A stretch of 64,000 nucleotides of DNA from Mobula birostris. Its lineage: Eukaryota. Both the position numbers and the translations under genes were made by a program. Under the pieces are notes generated by a model. It made no database searches. It saw only the letters and a program-made list of their open reading frames with translations, and was not told the origin of the DNA. Within the stretch, counting starts at the first letter, position 1; each line of letters starts with the position of its first letter. This document shows positions 14,373 to 26,229 of this stretch, one piece after another. The stretch covers positions 65,986,057 through 66,050,056 of the forward strand of contig NC_092371.1 of assembly GCF_030028105.1 (NCBI RefSeq), given 5' to 3'.

Positions 14373-14636
14373 CTAGGTGCCGACAATGCTGGGGTCGTGA
14401 GCCGAGTCGGGCAGCGGGGCCCCGCCGCACTGAAAGAGGAAGCAGTTGCCCCAGCAGCTGTAGCAGATGAGAAAGAGGGCGGCGAGGAAGACCAGGGCGC
14501 AGATGGTGCACGGTTTCCTCTCCAGTAGGAAGCTCAGCAGGTAGAAGCCCATGAACATGGAGTGGCTGAACCAGAGCGCCGGGTTCAGCGGCTTGGGGAT
14601 GAGCAGCACGGGCAACAGCCACTGTAGGCAGTACAT
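14373..14636 (-). CDS. BLCAP: Bladder cancer-associated protein (BLCAP/BC10), 87 aa, single coding exon
   Basis: Translation [67 protein letters not shown]...[10 protein letters not shown] is the highly conserved BLCAP sequence. ATG at 14636-14634 in ACCATG context; TAG stop ends at 14373. Confidence 0.97.
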   Translation of the reverse strand: MYCLQWLLPVLLIPKPLNPALWFSHSMFMGFYLLSFLLERKPCTICALVFLAALFLICYSCWGNCFLFQCGGAPLPDSAHDPSIVGT

Positions 14637-14700
14637 GGTTGACTGGACAGATGTGGACCCGGGCACAGCGATCCTCTCTGACACTCGCCGAGTTCAACCT

Positions 14701-14810
14701 CTACCGGAGCAGGTTTGAGGGGGCGGTGCAGCGGGCTCCAAGACGCCCGTCCCCTCTTCGCCGTCGTACTCGTTCGGAGCTGCTCCTTCAAAGGACACTC
14801 TCTGTCTCAC
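14701..14810 (-). other. Candidate short 5'UTR intron of BLCAP (110 nt)
   Basis: Minus-strand donor GG|GTGAGA at 14810 and acceptor CCCCCTCAAACCTGCTCCGGTAG| ending at 14701, leaving 64 nt of exon before the ATG. Mammalian BLCAP has a 5'UTR intron. An alternative donor (AAA|GTGAGA) lies at 14963. Confidence 0.45.
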
Positions 14811-14874
14811 CCACCAACCGACCTCGGCGCTCCCTCCTCCAGCGCCGCCACAGAGCCGCTCACTGCGCAGCCGC

Positions 14875-14881
14875 ATATATA
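14875..14881 (-). promoter_or_regulatory. Candidate TATA box for BLCAP (TSS predicted near 14845-14850)
   Basis: Isolated TATATAT in GC-rich sequence about 240 nt upstream of the ATG. Confidence 0.55.
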
Positions 14882-15239
14882 CCGTCAGGACCCTTTGTCC
14901 TCCTCCCTCCCTCCCCCCCAACCAACCATTGCCGCCCGGGGTAGCGCCTGTCACCAGTCTCACTTTCGGCCAAGCGCCAAGCCCGGCCGCTTGTTGTGCG
15001 AAGTCCAGGAATCTGCAGTCATGTTTAGTGTTCGAGTTCGGATGGAAGAGATTGTAATCCATCCTCGTCGTGTTCGGTGTTGACGTAGACGCATGCGCAG
15101 CAGGGTCGCTCCGTGACAGGCGGATGATTAGGCGCTCGGAGAGGGTTGCTTGGGGCCTGAAGGGTGGATGGGGGAATTGGAAATGGTTGATTATGTCATA
15201 CTCTCCAAGGAAAAGTGAAAAACTATGCATGTCATCTAT

Positions 15240-15630
15240 ATCGATTATTACACGATATCAGTACATTGAACTGGAACAAAGTAAAACAGCAAAAGAATAC
15301 AGAGTATAGTGTTGCAGTTGCAGAGAAAATGTAGTGCAGGTAAACAGTTAAGGTGCAGGGTCACATTGTGAAGTCAAGATGACAACTGATGGTGCTTTCA
15401 GGCTCTGTATCTTCTGCCCAACGGGAGAGTGGTGAAGAGGGAATATCTTGGGGTGGCTGAGATCTTTGGCAAGGCTGGATGCTTTACAGAGGCAGCAAGA
15501 AGTGTGGGCAGAGTCCATGGAGGGTAAACTGGTTTCCATGGTGTGCTGAACTGTGTTCGCCTCTCTGCAGTTCTTGCGGTCATGCGCACAATAGCTCCCT
15601 TACCAAGCCGCGATACAGCCAGATAGGATT
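15240..15630 (-). mobile_element. Decayed Rex-Babar-type 3' fragment
   Basis: HP..SLF..LPLGRRYR motif plus characteristic tail. Confidence 0.6.
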
Positions 15631-16199
15631 CTTACAATCAGGGTCAGCAGAGCCATATCAAATTTATATTTAGCCAAAGGTGCAATGGGAATGAGGGTGA
15701 AATCAGGGCACCAGTGGAAGGGGTGGAATTAGGGTAGAGGAGGGTGTGGGGATCAGAGCCTGTTGCAGTGAGAAACAAAATTAAAGTGACAGTGGGGGTA
15801 CGAAGAACTTGAAAGATTTGGGTAAAGCAGACTGGATTGAGCATAAAAGATAAGAACAGGGAAGGCAGAGAGGGAGAATTAAGTCCCAGGGCTTCAGGGG
15901 TTGAAGAAGGGCCAAGACTACAAAGGCATCAGCACCCAAAAAAGGGGAAAATTAGACCCAAGATATGGGGGGAGAGGAATCCAGGCGATTTGGAGAAGTG
16001 TACGAGAGCAAGTGTACGTCAAGATAGGAAGAGTGTGTTTGGGGTAGGGGATGGGTGAGAGGAATGCCTGGGGTAATCAGAATTTGCTCAGGGCATCAGC
16101 TTGTGTAGAAGCCAGACTCACAGTTTCTATATTTCTACTTCAGTTTGAGTTGCAGATGGTGAACATTGGATTTTCAATGCTTTAAAATATCTTTTGACA

Positions 16200-16480
16200 G
16201 GGTGCCCGAGTAGCAAAGTAGTTGTGCAGTTACAGTTTGGGTCTTGGAGTTCAATTCTGGAGGCTTCCGTAAGAAAATCTGTACATTCTTCCCATGTGCG
16301 CATGGGTTTCCTCCGAGTGCTCCAGATTCCTCCCACAGTTCAAAGACGTACTGGTTAGTAGGTTAATTGGTCATTGTAAATTGTCCCTTTATTGTTAATT
16401 GATCATTGTAAATTGCTAGGGTTAAATAGTGGGTTGCTGGGCAGTGTAGTTTGATGGCCCAAAAGGTGCTGTATTTCTGA
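16200..16480 (+). mobile_element. tRNA-derived V-domain SINE
   Basis: B-box-like GAGTTCAATTC, then catgggtttcctccgagtgctccagattcctcccacagttcaaagacgt core. Confidence 0.75.
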
Positions 16481-16859
16481 ATAACTATTCTAAAAACTCT
16501 TAAATCACTGGAAAGCTGAAATGCTGCCAGAACCTTGAGTAGTTAAGGTTTCAGGCTACAGTGCCTGAGGTCTACTCATAGCTCACTTTTTACTAAGCTT
16601 ACTGCACCTAAAAAAAAGGTAATGCTGATAGACCAAGGTTACAGGCAGCTAGTTGAGACAGTGAAACAGGTCCAAAATAATCCATATCTCATTTTCTCTA
16701 CAGTATAATGAGTACTGAAGGCTTTTCAACATCTCGTGGGAACAAAGAGGCTATAAGTTGTAAAATAATTTTCTAGCCTTTCCAATGCCGCAAAATAATT
16801 CTGTGTGAGAAAATCAAAATCAACTGTAACCAAAATATTCGGCAACTTTTTTGGTTCGT

Positions 16860-17280
16860 CAGCTAAAATACTCGAAAATTTCTACAGATGTACTGTGGAG
16901 ATCATTTTGACAGGCTGCATCACTGTGTGGTATGGGGGGGGGGGGGGCTACTTCACATGATCAAAAGAAGCTACTGAAAGTTGTAAAATGAATCAGCCCC
17001 ATCCTGGGCACTAGCCTCCATAGTATCCAAGGCATCCTCAAGGAGCAGTACCTCAGAAAGGTGGTGTTCATTATTAAGGACCCCATCACCCAGGACATTC
17101 TCATTTTTAACCATGATGGAGGTGGTACAGAAGCCTGAAGGCACACACTCAGCAATTCAGGAACAGCTGCTTCCCCTCTGCTATCTGAACCTTAAATGGA
17201 CATAAACATACTTACTGTAATTGATTTAAATGTTTTCTACATTATGTATTGCATTGTACTGCTGCCGCTAAGTTAACAGT
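16860..17280 (+). mobile_element. Rex-Babar-type LINE 3' fragment
   Basis: NFYRCTVE..LTGCITVWYG motif. Confidence 0.7.
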
Positions 17281-17374
17281 GTGGACTGCTGATGAGGACT
17301 GCTACACCACCAATCTACAGGACGTGACACTCAGGGACTCGGGCTATATCTATTTTTGTGACTCTATGTTTTTC

Positions 17375-17745
17375 TTGGGTGGAGGAGGGAGATACTTTTC
17401 TACCAAAGGAGGTGTAAGGCAATCCTTCCCTCCGCTAGCCTGCAGCTCACCCTTGGCAAGACATAGCACCTGCTTAGCCCCCCCCAGTCAGGGTCACATG
17501 ATGCCATGGGTGGAGCTGGTGGATGGTTGTATGAGCAGCCGGAGTACATCATGGTTCCTGGTTATGCATCTACTGACATCAAGTAGACAATCTCTGAAGA
17601 GTATTGATAATGGCTGGGGTTACCCATCTTGTAAAGACACTACCCAGAAGGCGGCCATGACAATCTACTTCTGCTAAGAACACTCATGATCATAAATAGA
17701 CTCTGTTCACCTAGTCATGTAATAGGACACATAATAACGATGATG
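17375..17745 (+). mobile_element. Short RTE-like non-autonomous element inserted in a Rex tail
   Basis: Purine-rich head and short (GAT)n tail; family assignment tentative. Confidence 0.4.
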
Positions 17746-17769
17746 ATATTTTTCTGCTACCATAACTAT

Positions 17770-18561
17770 ATATTTTTATACTTTATACTTTATTGTCACC
17801 AAACAATTGATACAAGAACGTGCAATCATCACAGCGATATTTGATTCTGCGCTTCGCGCTCCCTGGAGTATGAATCGATAGTAAATATTAAAAATTTAAA
17901 TTATAAATCATAAATAGAAAATAGAAAAGGGAAAGTAAGGTAGTGCAAAAAAACTGAGGGGCAGGTCTGGATATTTGGAGGGTACAGCCCAGATTTGGGT
18001 CAGGATCCATTTAGCTGTCTTGTCACAGTTGGAAAGAAGCTGTTCCCAAATCTGGCCATACGAGTTTTCAAGCTCCTGAGCCTTCTCCCGGAGGGAAGAA
18101 GGATGAAAAGTGTGTTGGTTGGGTGGGTCGTGTCCTTGATTATCCTGGCAGCACTGCTTTGATAGCGTGCGGTGTAATGTGAGTCCAAGGATGGAAGATT
18201 GGTTTGTGTGATGCGCTGCGCCGTGTTCATGATCTTCTGCAACTTCTTCCGGTCTTGGACAGGACAACTTCCATACCAGGTTGTGATGCACCCTAGCAGA
18301 ATGCTTTCTACGGTGCATCTATAAAAATTAGTGAGGGTTTTAGGAGACAGGCCAAATTTCTTTAGCTTTCTCAGGAAGTAAAGGCACTGGTGGGCCTTCT
18401 TGGCAGTGGACTCTGCTTGGATGGACCAAGTCAGGTCAGTTGTGATATTGACTCCAAGGAACTTAAAGCTTTTGACCTGTTCCACTTGCGCACCACTGTT
18501 GTAAATGGGGTTGTGCGGTCCACTTCTCCTTCTGAAGTCAACAACCAATTCCTTCGTCTTG
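17770..18561 (-). mobile_element. 5'-truncated Rex-Babar LINE with open RT C-terminal frame
   Basis: ORF 18000-18650: SKTKELVVDFRR...FKFLGV..DLTW...LYFLRKLKKFGLSPKTLTNFYRCTVESILLGCITTWYG...LPSGRRLRS...NSFFP; (AAGTAT)n-type tail. Confidence 0.88.
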
Positions 18562-19094
18562 CTATATGTGATGTGTACGACTGTTGTTACTGTGATTTGC
18601 ACCTTGGGCTGGGAGGAATGCAGTTTCATTTGGTTGTATTCATAGGACAATTGAATTTAAACTGGTCTTGGTGTCATTGTGGTTGACCATTGTTTATACT
18701 CTTTTGCAGCTATCACCTGAAAAACAGCATTCGTAAGTATTTACAACTTGATTATTAATAGAAATTGTATACAGTAATCATCCCTGTGCGACAGCATCTC
18801 TAAATAGATTCAACTGCATCAACAACTTCCTTATTGCCTCCAGGCAATCAATCAATTATTAATGAAATACAACTGATTAACATGAATAATAAAGGCATCA
18901 AACAACAAACAGTATGGCTTAATATTGAGAAAACTGACGTCATTGTCTTCAGTGCCAGTCACAAACTCCATTCTGGTACAACTGACTCCATCCTTCTCCC
19001 TAAAAACTTTGCAAACTTCTCTTGTGTAATTCCACATTTAAATCTGCACCACACATGTGCCATGATTAAAATGGCATATGTTCCCTCCATGTTG

Positions 19095-19690
19095 ACACCA
19101 TGCCAAATAAAACACACCAGCACCTCTACTTCCTCAGAAGGTCAAGGAAATTTAGCAGGTCCCCATTGATCCTCACCAACTTTTATAGACGCACCATAGA
19201 AAGCATCATATGGAAGCCCCACAGCTTGGTCTGGCAACTGCCTTGCCTGCGATTGCAAGAATTGCAGAGTTATGAACACTGCTGAGCACATCATGGATCC
19301 TAACCTCCCCTCCAAAGACTCTGTTCACATTTCTTACTGCCTCAGAAAAGCAGCCAGCGTAAACAAAGAACCCTCCCACCCTGAACATTCTCTTCTCTCC
19401 CTTCCCATCAGGCAGAAGATATAAAAACCTGGAAGTATGTACCACCAGGCTCAGGGGCAGTTCCTGTTATAAAACTATAGTAAGGTGGACTCTGGCACCA
19501 CAATTTACCTTGTCATGATCTTGCACCTTATTGTCTGCCTGCACTGTACTTTCTCTGTAATGTTAACACTACATTCCACTTTTCCTTTGTAATACCTTGA
19601 TGTACTGATAATGTGAAATGATCTACATGTACGGCATGCAAAGCAAAGATATTCACTGAATCTCCATACATACAGCATGACAGTAATAAA
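19095..19690 (+). mobile_element. Rex-Babar-type LINE 3' fragment
   Basis: KTHQHLYFLRR...LTNFYRRTIESI. Confidence 0.7.
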
Positions 19691-19799
19691 CTAGTTTTCA
19701 ATTGCCATTGCCTGACCCTTCTGCCTCAGCTTACCTGCTACTGATAATATTGTGGTTTTTAGGACCTCTGAATGGACTTTTCCAATTCAGCTGGCCAGC

Positions 19800-20100
19800 C
19801 TGTGGGGCAACACAGTAGCACAGTAGTTAGCATAATGCTTTGCAGTGCCAGCAACCTGGGTTGAATTGAGTTTGTACGTTCTCCTCATGACTGATTGAGT
19901 ATCCTCTGGGTGCTTTGGTTTCCACCCACATTCAGAAGATGTATGGGTTATGGGCATGCTATGTTGGTGCCAAAAGCATGCAGACACTTGTGGCTGCCCC
20001 CAGCACATCCTTGGACTGTGTTTGTTGTTGCCGCGAACAACGCACTTCACTGTATGTTTCAATGGCCATGTGACATATAAAGCCAGTCTTAAACTTAATT
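19800..20100 (+). mobile_element. V-domain SINE
   Basis: tRNA-like head (tagcacagtagttagc...gggttgaatt) plus V core. Confidence 0.65.
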
Positions 20101-20214
20101 CTGCATAAACTTGTGGTTATGCACACCTGTTCATTTCAGACCTGTTCTAGCTCACACCTATCCATTTTGTCTTCACCCTATTTATTCCTCCCTCGAGGCT
20201 TACTGAACTACATT

Positions 20215-20770
20215 GCCTTCACAGGAGGCGATGAGTCAGTGTACAGGACACAATAGGACACCTGATAGAGTGGTCCTGCAACAATAACTGCTCACTTAAT
20301 GCTGGCAAAACTTATCAGTAACTCAGGAAGAGAAAGGATGGCGAACACACCCATCTACATTGCTGGATTGGCTGTTGAGAGGGTCAACACCATGAGCTTC
20401 CTGGGTGTAAAAATATCAGATGACCTATCCTGGGCCTACATAGATTCAATCACAATGACAACATGCCAGTGTCTACTTTCCTCGAATATTAAGGAGGCTC
20501 AGCATGTCACTAAGCACCCTCACAAGCTTCCACAGATAACTGTTGAAGGTCTGGTATGTCTATTTGAATGCAGAAGAATAGAAGAAGCTGTGGAGCCATA
20601 TCCCTCCTCACCATCAAAAGTATCTACATGAGACACAGCATCAAAAAAACAGTGTAAAGCAAAGGCCACCATCATCTGGGCCAGGCCATCTTCTCTTGGC
20701 TACCGCTGGGCAGGAGACACAAAAGTCTGAAGTCTTATACCACCTGGTTTAAGATTAGCTACTTCCTTTC
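20215..20770 (+). mobile_element. Old Rex-Babar-type LINE fragment
   Basis: PIYI.GLAVERV..FLGV.ISDDLSW remnant. Confidence 0.6.
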
Positions 20771-21394
20771 AGCTTTCTTTTATTTATTGAACCAACATGT
20801 TCACCCCCCAATCTCTACCTCAATATAGTAACACTATGATCACTCTTATCATATTGCCCTTGTTATGGTGTGCACTCACAGGGCTGGACTCAAGTGCAGA
20901 GGAAAGGCAGGCATGGGGGTCCCCAGCACCGAACTCAACCCAGGAGCAGAAGATGGCAGATTCCCCATGAAAGCACAGAAACAAGAGGTTAGACATTCCA
21001 CCAGCACCTCAGGGGAATGACAACACAAAACAATTCATTCTTTCCAACACAACAACTCCACTAAGGCACTTCTTCTATTTCCGGCTGTTTAGACACATCT
21101 AGGCATATTACAGCCCTCTGCAGGATGTATAATTAATTACAGAACTTCAAGGAACTCAAATTCTGGAATACAACCTAGTCTCAAGTATAAGTCTATCTCA
21201 TGATAGACTCTTCAATCAGATGTTGATTCTCTTGCACTTAGGCACTAAGTGAGACTCCTCTTTAAATAATCATATAGGGCAGGAAACATGTGCCAGTCAC
21301 AATTAACTTGACAAGATTAAACCAAAAACACAAGGGCTTAATGGCTCTAGTTAAGATAATGATTAGTAAATACAGGTGCTCAAGAACCCTAGAA

Positions 21395-22895
21395 GCTCAG
21401 AAGGCTGACAGATGGGTCGGCTGTCTGCACAGCAGAACTTATAGCCATTATTATTAGTTTGCAATGGGTTGAACAAGAAAAGGCATATAGAGTCATGATC
21501 TGCTCAGATTCTGCCTGGGAATTGCAGAGTTTGGAATCAAGGCATTCAAGGAGACCTGATCTGTTGAAGCAAGTGCACTACAATTTATATGTTCTGCAGA
21601 ATGCGAGAACAGTAGTACAGTTTTGTTGGGTACCTGTACAAGTGGATGTACTGGGTCATAAAAGATGTCAGAATCAGAATCAGGTTTATTATCACCGGCA
21701 TGTGTCGTGAAATTTGTTAACTTAGCAGCAGCCGTTCAATACAATGCATAATATAGAAGAAAAATCGATCAATCAATTACAGTACAGTATATGTGTATTG
21801 AATAGATTAAAAATCGTGCAAAAATGGAAATAATAAAGAAGTGAGGTAGTGTTCATGAGTTCAATGTCCATTCAGGAATCAGATGGCAGAGGAGAAGAAG
21901 CTGTTTCTGAATCGAAGAGTGTGTGCCTTCAGGCTTCTGTACCTCCTACCTGATGGTAATAATGAGGAAAGGGCATGCCCTGGGTGCTGGGGTCCTTAAT
22001 AATGGACGCCGCCTTTCTGAGACACCGCGCTCCTTGAAGATGTCTTGGGTACTTTGTAGGCCAGTACACAAGATGGAGCCGACTAAATTTACGACCCTCT
22101 GCAGCTTCTTTCGGTCTTGTGCAGTAGCCATCCCCATACCAGACAGTGATGCAGCCCGTCAGAATGCTCTCCACTGTACATCTATAGAAGATTTTGCGTG
22201 TTTTTGTTGACGTACCAAGTGTCTTCAAACTCTTAATGAAGTATAGTCGCTGTCTTGCTTTCTTTATAGCTGCATCAATATGTTGGGACTAAGATCAATA
22301 TGTTATAGCAAAACAGGCATCATTTACTAAGTCAGAGGTAAATATTATAGGTAATATAGGAAGGTATTAGGTTGGCTGGGATTAGAAAATGACAGAATTT
22401 GTGGGATAGGAGTGGAGCAGGGAAGTGATATTACAATTTGGTTCCATCAGTTCAGGTGAGGTGCCTTTTGGAAAGGGTTAGGAGGGAAGATGTGTGGTTG
22501 GTGAGATTGACGTTTGGACATATGGGTTTGCACTCCACTTTGATACTTACTGGTAAACACAGAGACAGTGGAACATGTAATCGTGGTGTGCCACAGATAT
22601 TTATTAGATCTTAGGAAGCTGTTTGGGCATTTATTGGGTAGATCTGCGGTGCCTATGAGCAGAATTTCTGGCACCTGAAGCAGGGATGGTTAGGTCATGT
22701 AGGGCCCTGATGAACATTTTAATGAAACAGGTTTGGGAGGAAGAATCTGATCCCCGTCATGGCTCCTGTCATACTCCATTCCACTAGGTGATGGTAATGC
22801 ACCTTTCATAGAATACCTACAGCACAATACAGGCCCTTCGGCCCACCTGTCTTTCTGATAGGTGCGAGCTGCCATTAGCAAAAGAAGAAGAAGAA
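21395..22895 (+). mobile_element. I/Nimb-clade LINE 3' part with RNase H and C-terminal Zn knuckle, split by a Rex insertion
   Basis: AELIAI...ICSDS...FCWVP..V...G non-LTR RNase H motifs (21430-21660). After the insertion: ETVEHVIVVC, ggtgatggtaatgcacc and a (GAA)n tail at about 22884-22895. Confidence 0.7.
21667..22290 (-). mobile_element. Rex-Babar-type LINE 3' fragment
   Basis: FYRCTVESILTGCITVWYG; (TTCTGA)n tail. Confidence 0.8.
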
Positions 22896-24555
22896 CCTGA
22901 GAAGCTCAAAGCTCTATGGCAAGCCGCAGAAGCCATAGGGCTCATGACAGCACCGTAATGAAGTTTTTAAAATTTTTGTTCCATTTGTGTGCTTTCTTGT
23001 TTAATTTATGTTTAATATGTTTTCCTCCTGAATGTTTCACCTCTAATACTACATATGTGTTTGTAATTCTGCATATGAAAATGCAATCAACTTCTGGTTA
23101 AGCATTGGTTCAATTTTAAGCTCTCGTCTTTGTTTTCAGATGCCAGAATGGTCTTCCCCTCCATCTTTCCAGCCTTTAATTCTACAGGATTCCCCGGACT
23201 TTTGCCCCTTGTTTTTCACAAAATTTAATTGGTTTCCAAAGTTCTGAATTTCTGCATATAAACTTCAGTCCTCTTTAAAACATCAATTAATACCTTCACC
23301 TTAGACAAAACTTTGGTCATTTGCTGTAATATCAGATGAAATAGAAAGCTTTAGTATGTTAAAGACACTTTATAAATGGAAATTATTCTTGAGGCTTCAC
23401 ACTTTGAGGAAGTTTCTTGCTTTGTAATTTATCAAAAGCTTTTTGGTGGATTACATATGAGTTAAACAGATCACATTACTGGGAGTTAACTAACCAATAT
23501 CCTGTTGACCTTGAAACAGAGCAATCAAATGAGTAAGCCAAGGGCTGTTTGTCTTGCAGGAATGCGGAGTGTTTCTGAAATATCTGAATTCAGGTTCAAT
23601 TTTTAATGAAATACTCTTTTGTGAGGCACCTTAAGATGACTTTCCAGGTTTTGGATGCTGTACAAATATAAATGATAAAATTTACTAATGATTGAAATAA
23701 AATTTCATATTACAGAGAAATAAAAAAGATGGAGCGAAAGATTGTGTGGCTGGAGAGATGGCGCAGGAGGTTAGGCTTTAGATCTGTGACATTTGTGTAC
23801 GTCAGATGGATCTTCCATCAACTGCATCAGAACCTGTCACAAGGATCGTTACAGATAATCTTTCCTAACAAATGTAATAAGCACATGCAACAGTTCATCT
23901 CTGTGAGACAGGAGCACACACATCATAGTACAATAGTATCTGCTTTAGTAATTTGTACATTATTATTCCATATTATTGCAAATTATTGCACATTGGTAAA
24001 TTATTACTGTGTATGTTATTATTCTGTGCTTTTTTATTAGTTATGTTGTTAAGTGTGTTGTTAAATGTTGCTGCTGTAATGAAAGAATTTCCCACTTGGG
24101 ATCAATAAAGTATTTATGATTATTGTTATTATTATTAAAAGAAAATCGTTTAAAAGTCAAATTTAAAGGTACATTGAAGCGATTGAAATAACAGCACATA
24201 TAATAGCAAATAGTGATATCTAATTATAATGGAAACATGGCCATTGGGTGACCAAAGCTGGGAGCTAAATATTCCAGGATATTTGACATTCAGGAAGGAC
24301 AGACAAAAAGGCAAAGGAGATAGGTAGTGCTGTTAATAAGAGGAATTGAGGAAAGTAATTAGAAAAGATCTCAGCTCAGCAAATTGACTAGAACTAGAAT
24401 CAGTTTGGGTGGAGTTAAGGTGCAGCAGGGGGTGGAAAGTATTGGCAGGAGATCATAAACTCGAGAAAGTTTGCATTTGCTGGAAATCCAGAGCAACGCA
24501 CACAAAATGCTGGAGGAACTCAGCAGGTCAGGCAGCATCCATGGAAATGAACAAA

Positions 24556-24593
24556 CAGTCGATGTTTCAGTCTGAAACCCTTCTTCAGGACTG
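24556..24593 (-). ncRNA. Minimal type I hammerhead ribozyme motif (PLE-associated)
   Basis: Minus strand: CAGUC-CUGAAGA-AGGGUUUCAGACU-GAAA-CAUC-GACUG; 5-bp stem I, stem II imperfect. Confidence 0.6.
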
Positions 24594-24848
24594 AGAAGGC
24601 AGGGGAAAGACTCCAGAATAAAAAGGTGGGGTGGGGGGAGGGGGAAGGATGATAGCTAGCAGGTGATAGGTGAAGCCACTTGGATAAGAAAAATAAAGGG
24701 CTGGAGAGGTAGCAATCTGTTAGGAGAGGAGAGTGAACCATATGAGAAAGGGAAGGAGGAGGGGACCCAGGGGGAGGTGATAGCAGGTGAGAAGAAGAGG
24801 CCAGAGTAGGAATAGGAGAAGAGAGGAGTGGGAGGGTGAAATTTTTTA

Positions 24849-25473
24849 AAAACGCAAACACGAGGAAATCTGCAGATGCTGGAATTTTAAGCAACACACT
24901 TAAAAGTTGCTGGTGAACGCAGCAGGCCAGGCAGCATCTCTAGGAAGAGGTACAGTCGACGTTTCGGGCCGAGACTCTTCGTCAGGGCTAACTGAAAGAA
25001 GAGCTAGTAAGAGATTTAAAAGTGGGAGGGGGAGGGAGAGATCCGAAATGATAGGAGAAGACAGGAGGGGGAGGGATGGAACCAAGAGTTGGATAGTTGA
25101 TTGGCAAAAGGGATATAGGACAGAAGGCCTAGGGAGAAAGAAAAGGGGGGGGGATCCCAGAGGATGGGCAAGGGGTATAGTGAGAGGGACAGAGGGAGAA
25201 AAAGGAGAGAGAGAAAAAGAATGTGTATATAAATAAATAACGGATAGGGTACGAGGGGGAGGTGGGCATTAGCGGAAGTTTGTGAAGTCAATGTTCGTGC
25301 CATCAGGTTAGAGGCTACCCAGACAGAATATAAGGTGTTGTTCCTCCAACCTGAGTGTGGCTTCATCTTTACAGTAGAGGAGGCCGTGGATAGACATATC
25401 AGAATGGGAATGGGACGTGGAATTAAAATGTGTGGCTACTGGGAGATCCTGCTTTCTCTGGCAGACAGAAAGT
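24849..25473 (-). mobile_element. Younger Penelope-like 3' fragment nested in the older PLE
   Basis: Close match to the 62700-63347 family; flanked by AAATTTTTTA direct repeats (24839-24848 and 25474-25483). Confidence 0.85.
24953..24994 (-). ncRNA. Minimal type I hammerhead ribozyme motif (PLE-associated)
   Basis: Minus strand: AGCC-CUGACGA-AGAGUCUCGGCCC-GAAA-CGUC-GACUG. Confidence 0.7.
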
Positions 25474-26229
25474 AAATTTTTTACTGGGAGGAGAAATTGA
25501 TTTTCATGTGATCAGGTTGGAGATTATCCAGGTGGAATATATGGTGTTGCTCCTCTACCTTGAGGGTGGCCTCATTTTGCCACAAGAGGGGGCCATGGGC
25601 CCACATATTGGAATGGGAATGGGAATCAGAATTAACATGTTTGGCCACCAGGAAACTCCGCTTTTGGTGGATGGAGCTGAGGTGCTTGATGAGGCAGTCC
25701 CCCAGTTTACAACGTGTCTCACCAGTGTAGAGGATGCCATATTGGGAGCACTGGACACAATAAACAACCCTAGGAGATTCACAGGTGAAGTGTTGCCACA
25801 CTCAGAAAGACTGTTTGGAGTCCTAATTGGAGGTGAGGGAGGAGGTGAATGGGCAGGTGTAGCACCATGGCCACTTGCAGGGGTAAGTGCCGTGAGGGAT
25901 GATTGGCAAAGAAATTATAGAGGGAGCAATCCCTGCAGAAAGCAGGTGGGCGGTGGGGGGAGGTAAAGATATGCTTGGTGGTAGGATCCCTTTGGAGATT
26001 GCAGAAGTTGCAGAGGATGATCTAGGGTGGTAAAAATGAGAAAATCAGAAATGTATGCAGTGGATAATTCAGTAATAATGATGGAATTTAAACTACAACT
26101 GGACTGAGTAAAACTAGATGTAGTTTAAAGTAGAAACTAGGAAGTCATGTTCTTCATAATTTTATACATACCTATAAGATCACCTTTCAGACTTCCAGGG
26201 AAAAAAAGTCCTAGCCTCTTCCTATAACT

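Larger units (their letters stand above)
14100..15140. promoter_or_regulatory. CpG island covering the BLCAP CDS and promoter
   Basis: Visibly GC- and CpG-rich against an AT-rich, CpG-poor background. Contains a CRE-like TGACGT (15081-15086) and an NRF1-like CGCATGCGCA (15090-15099). Confidence 0.8.
24460..26020 (-). mobile_element. Older Penelope-like element (GIY-YIG region plus tail)
   Basis: FTCESPRVVYCVQCSQYGILYTGETR GIY-YIG remnant (25481-25801). Confidence 0.8.

Noticed and set aside
14637-14684. 16-aa N-terminal extension of BLCAP in the ORF track (103 aa)
   Set aside because: It starts at GTG; homology begins at the ATG at 14636.
14112-15309. Several overlapping ORFs around BLCAP
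   Set aside because: Expected in a GC-rich island; no recognisable protein.
23716-23769. Possible plus-strand exon (ttacag|AGAAAT...GGAG|gttagg)
   Set aside because: Weak donor, no recognisable peptide, no partner exons found.
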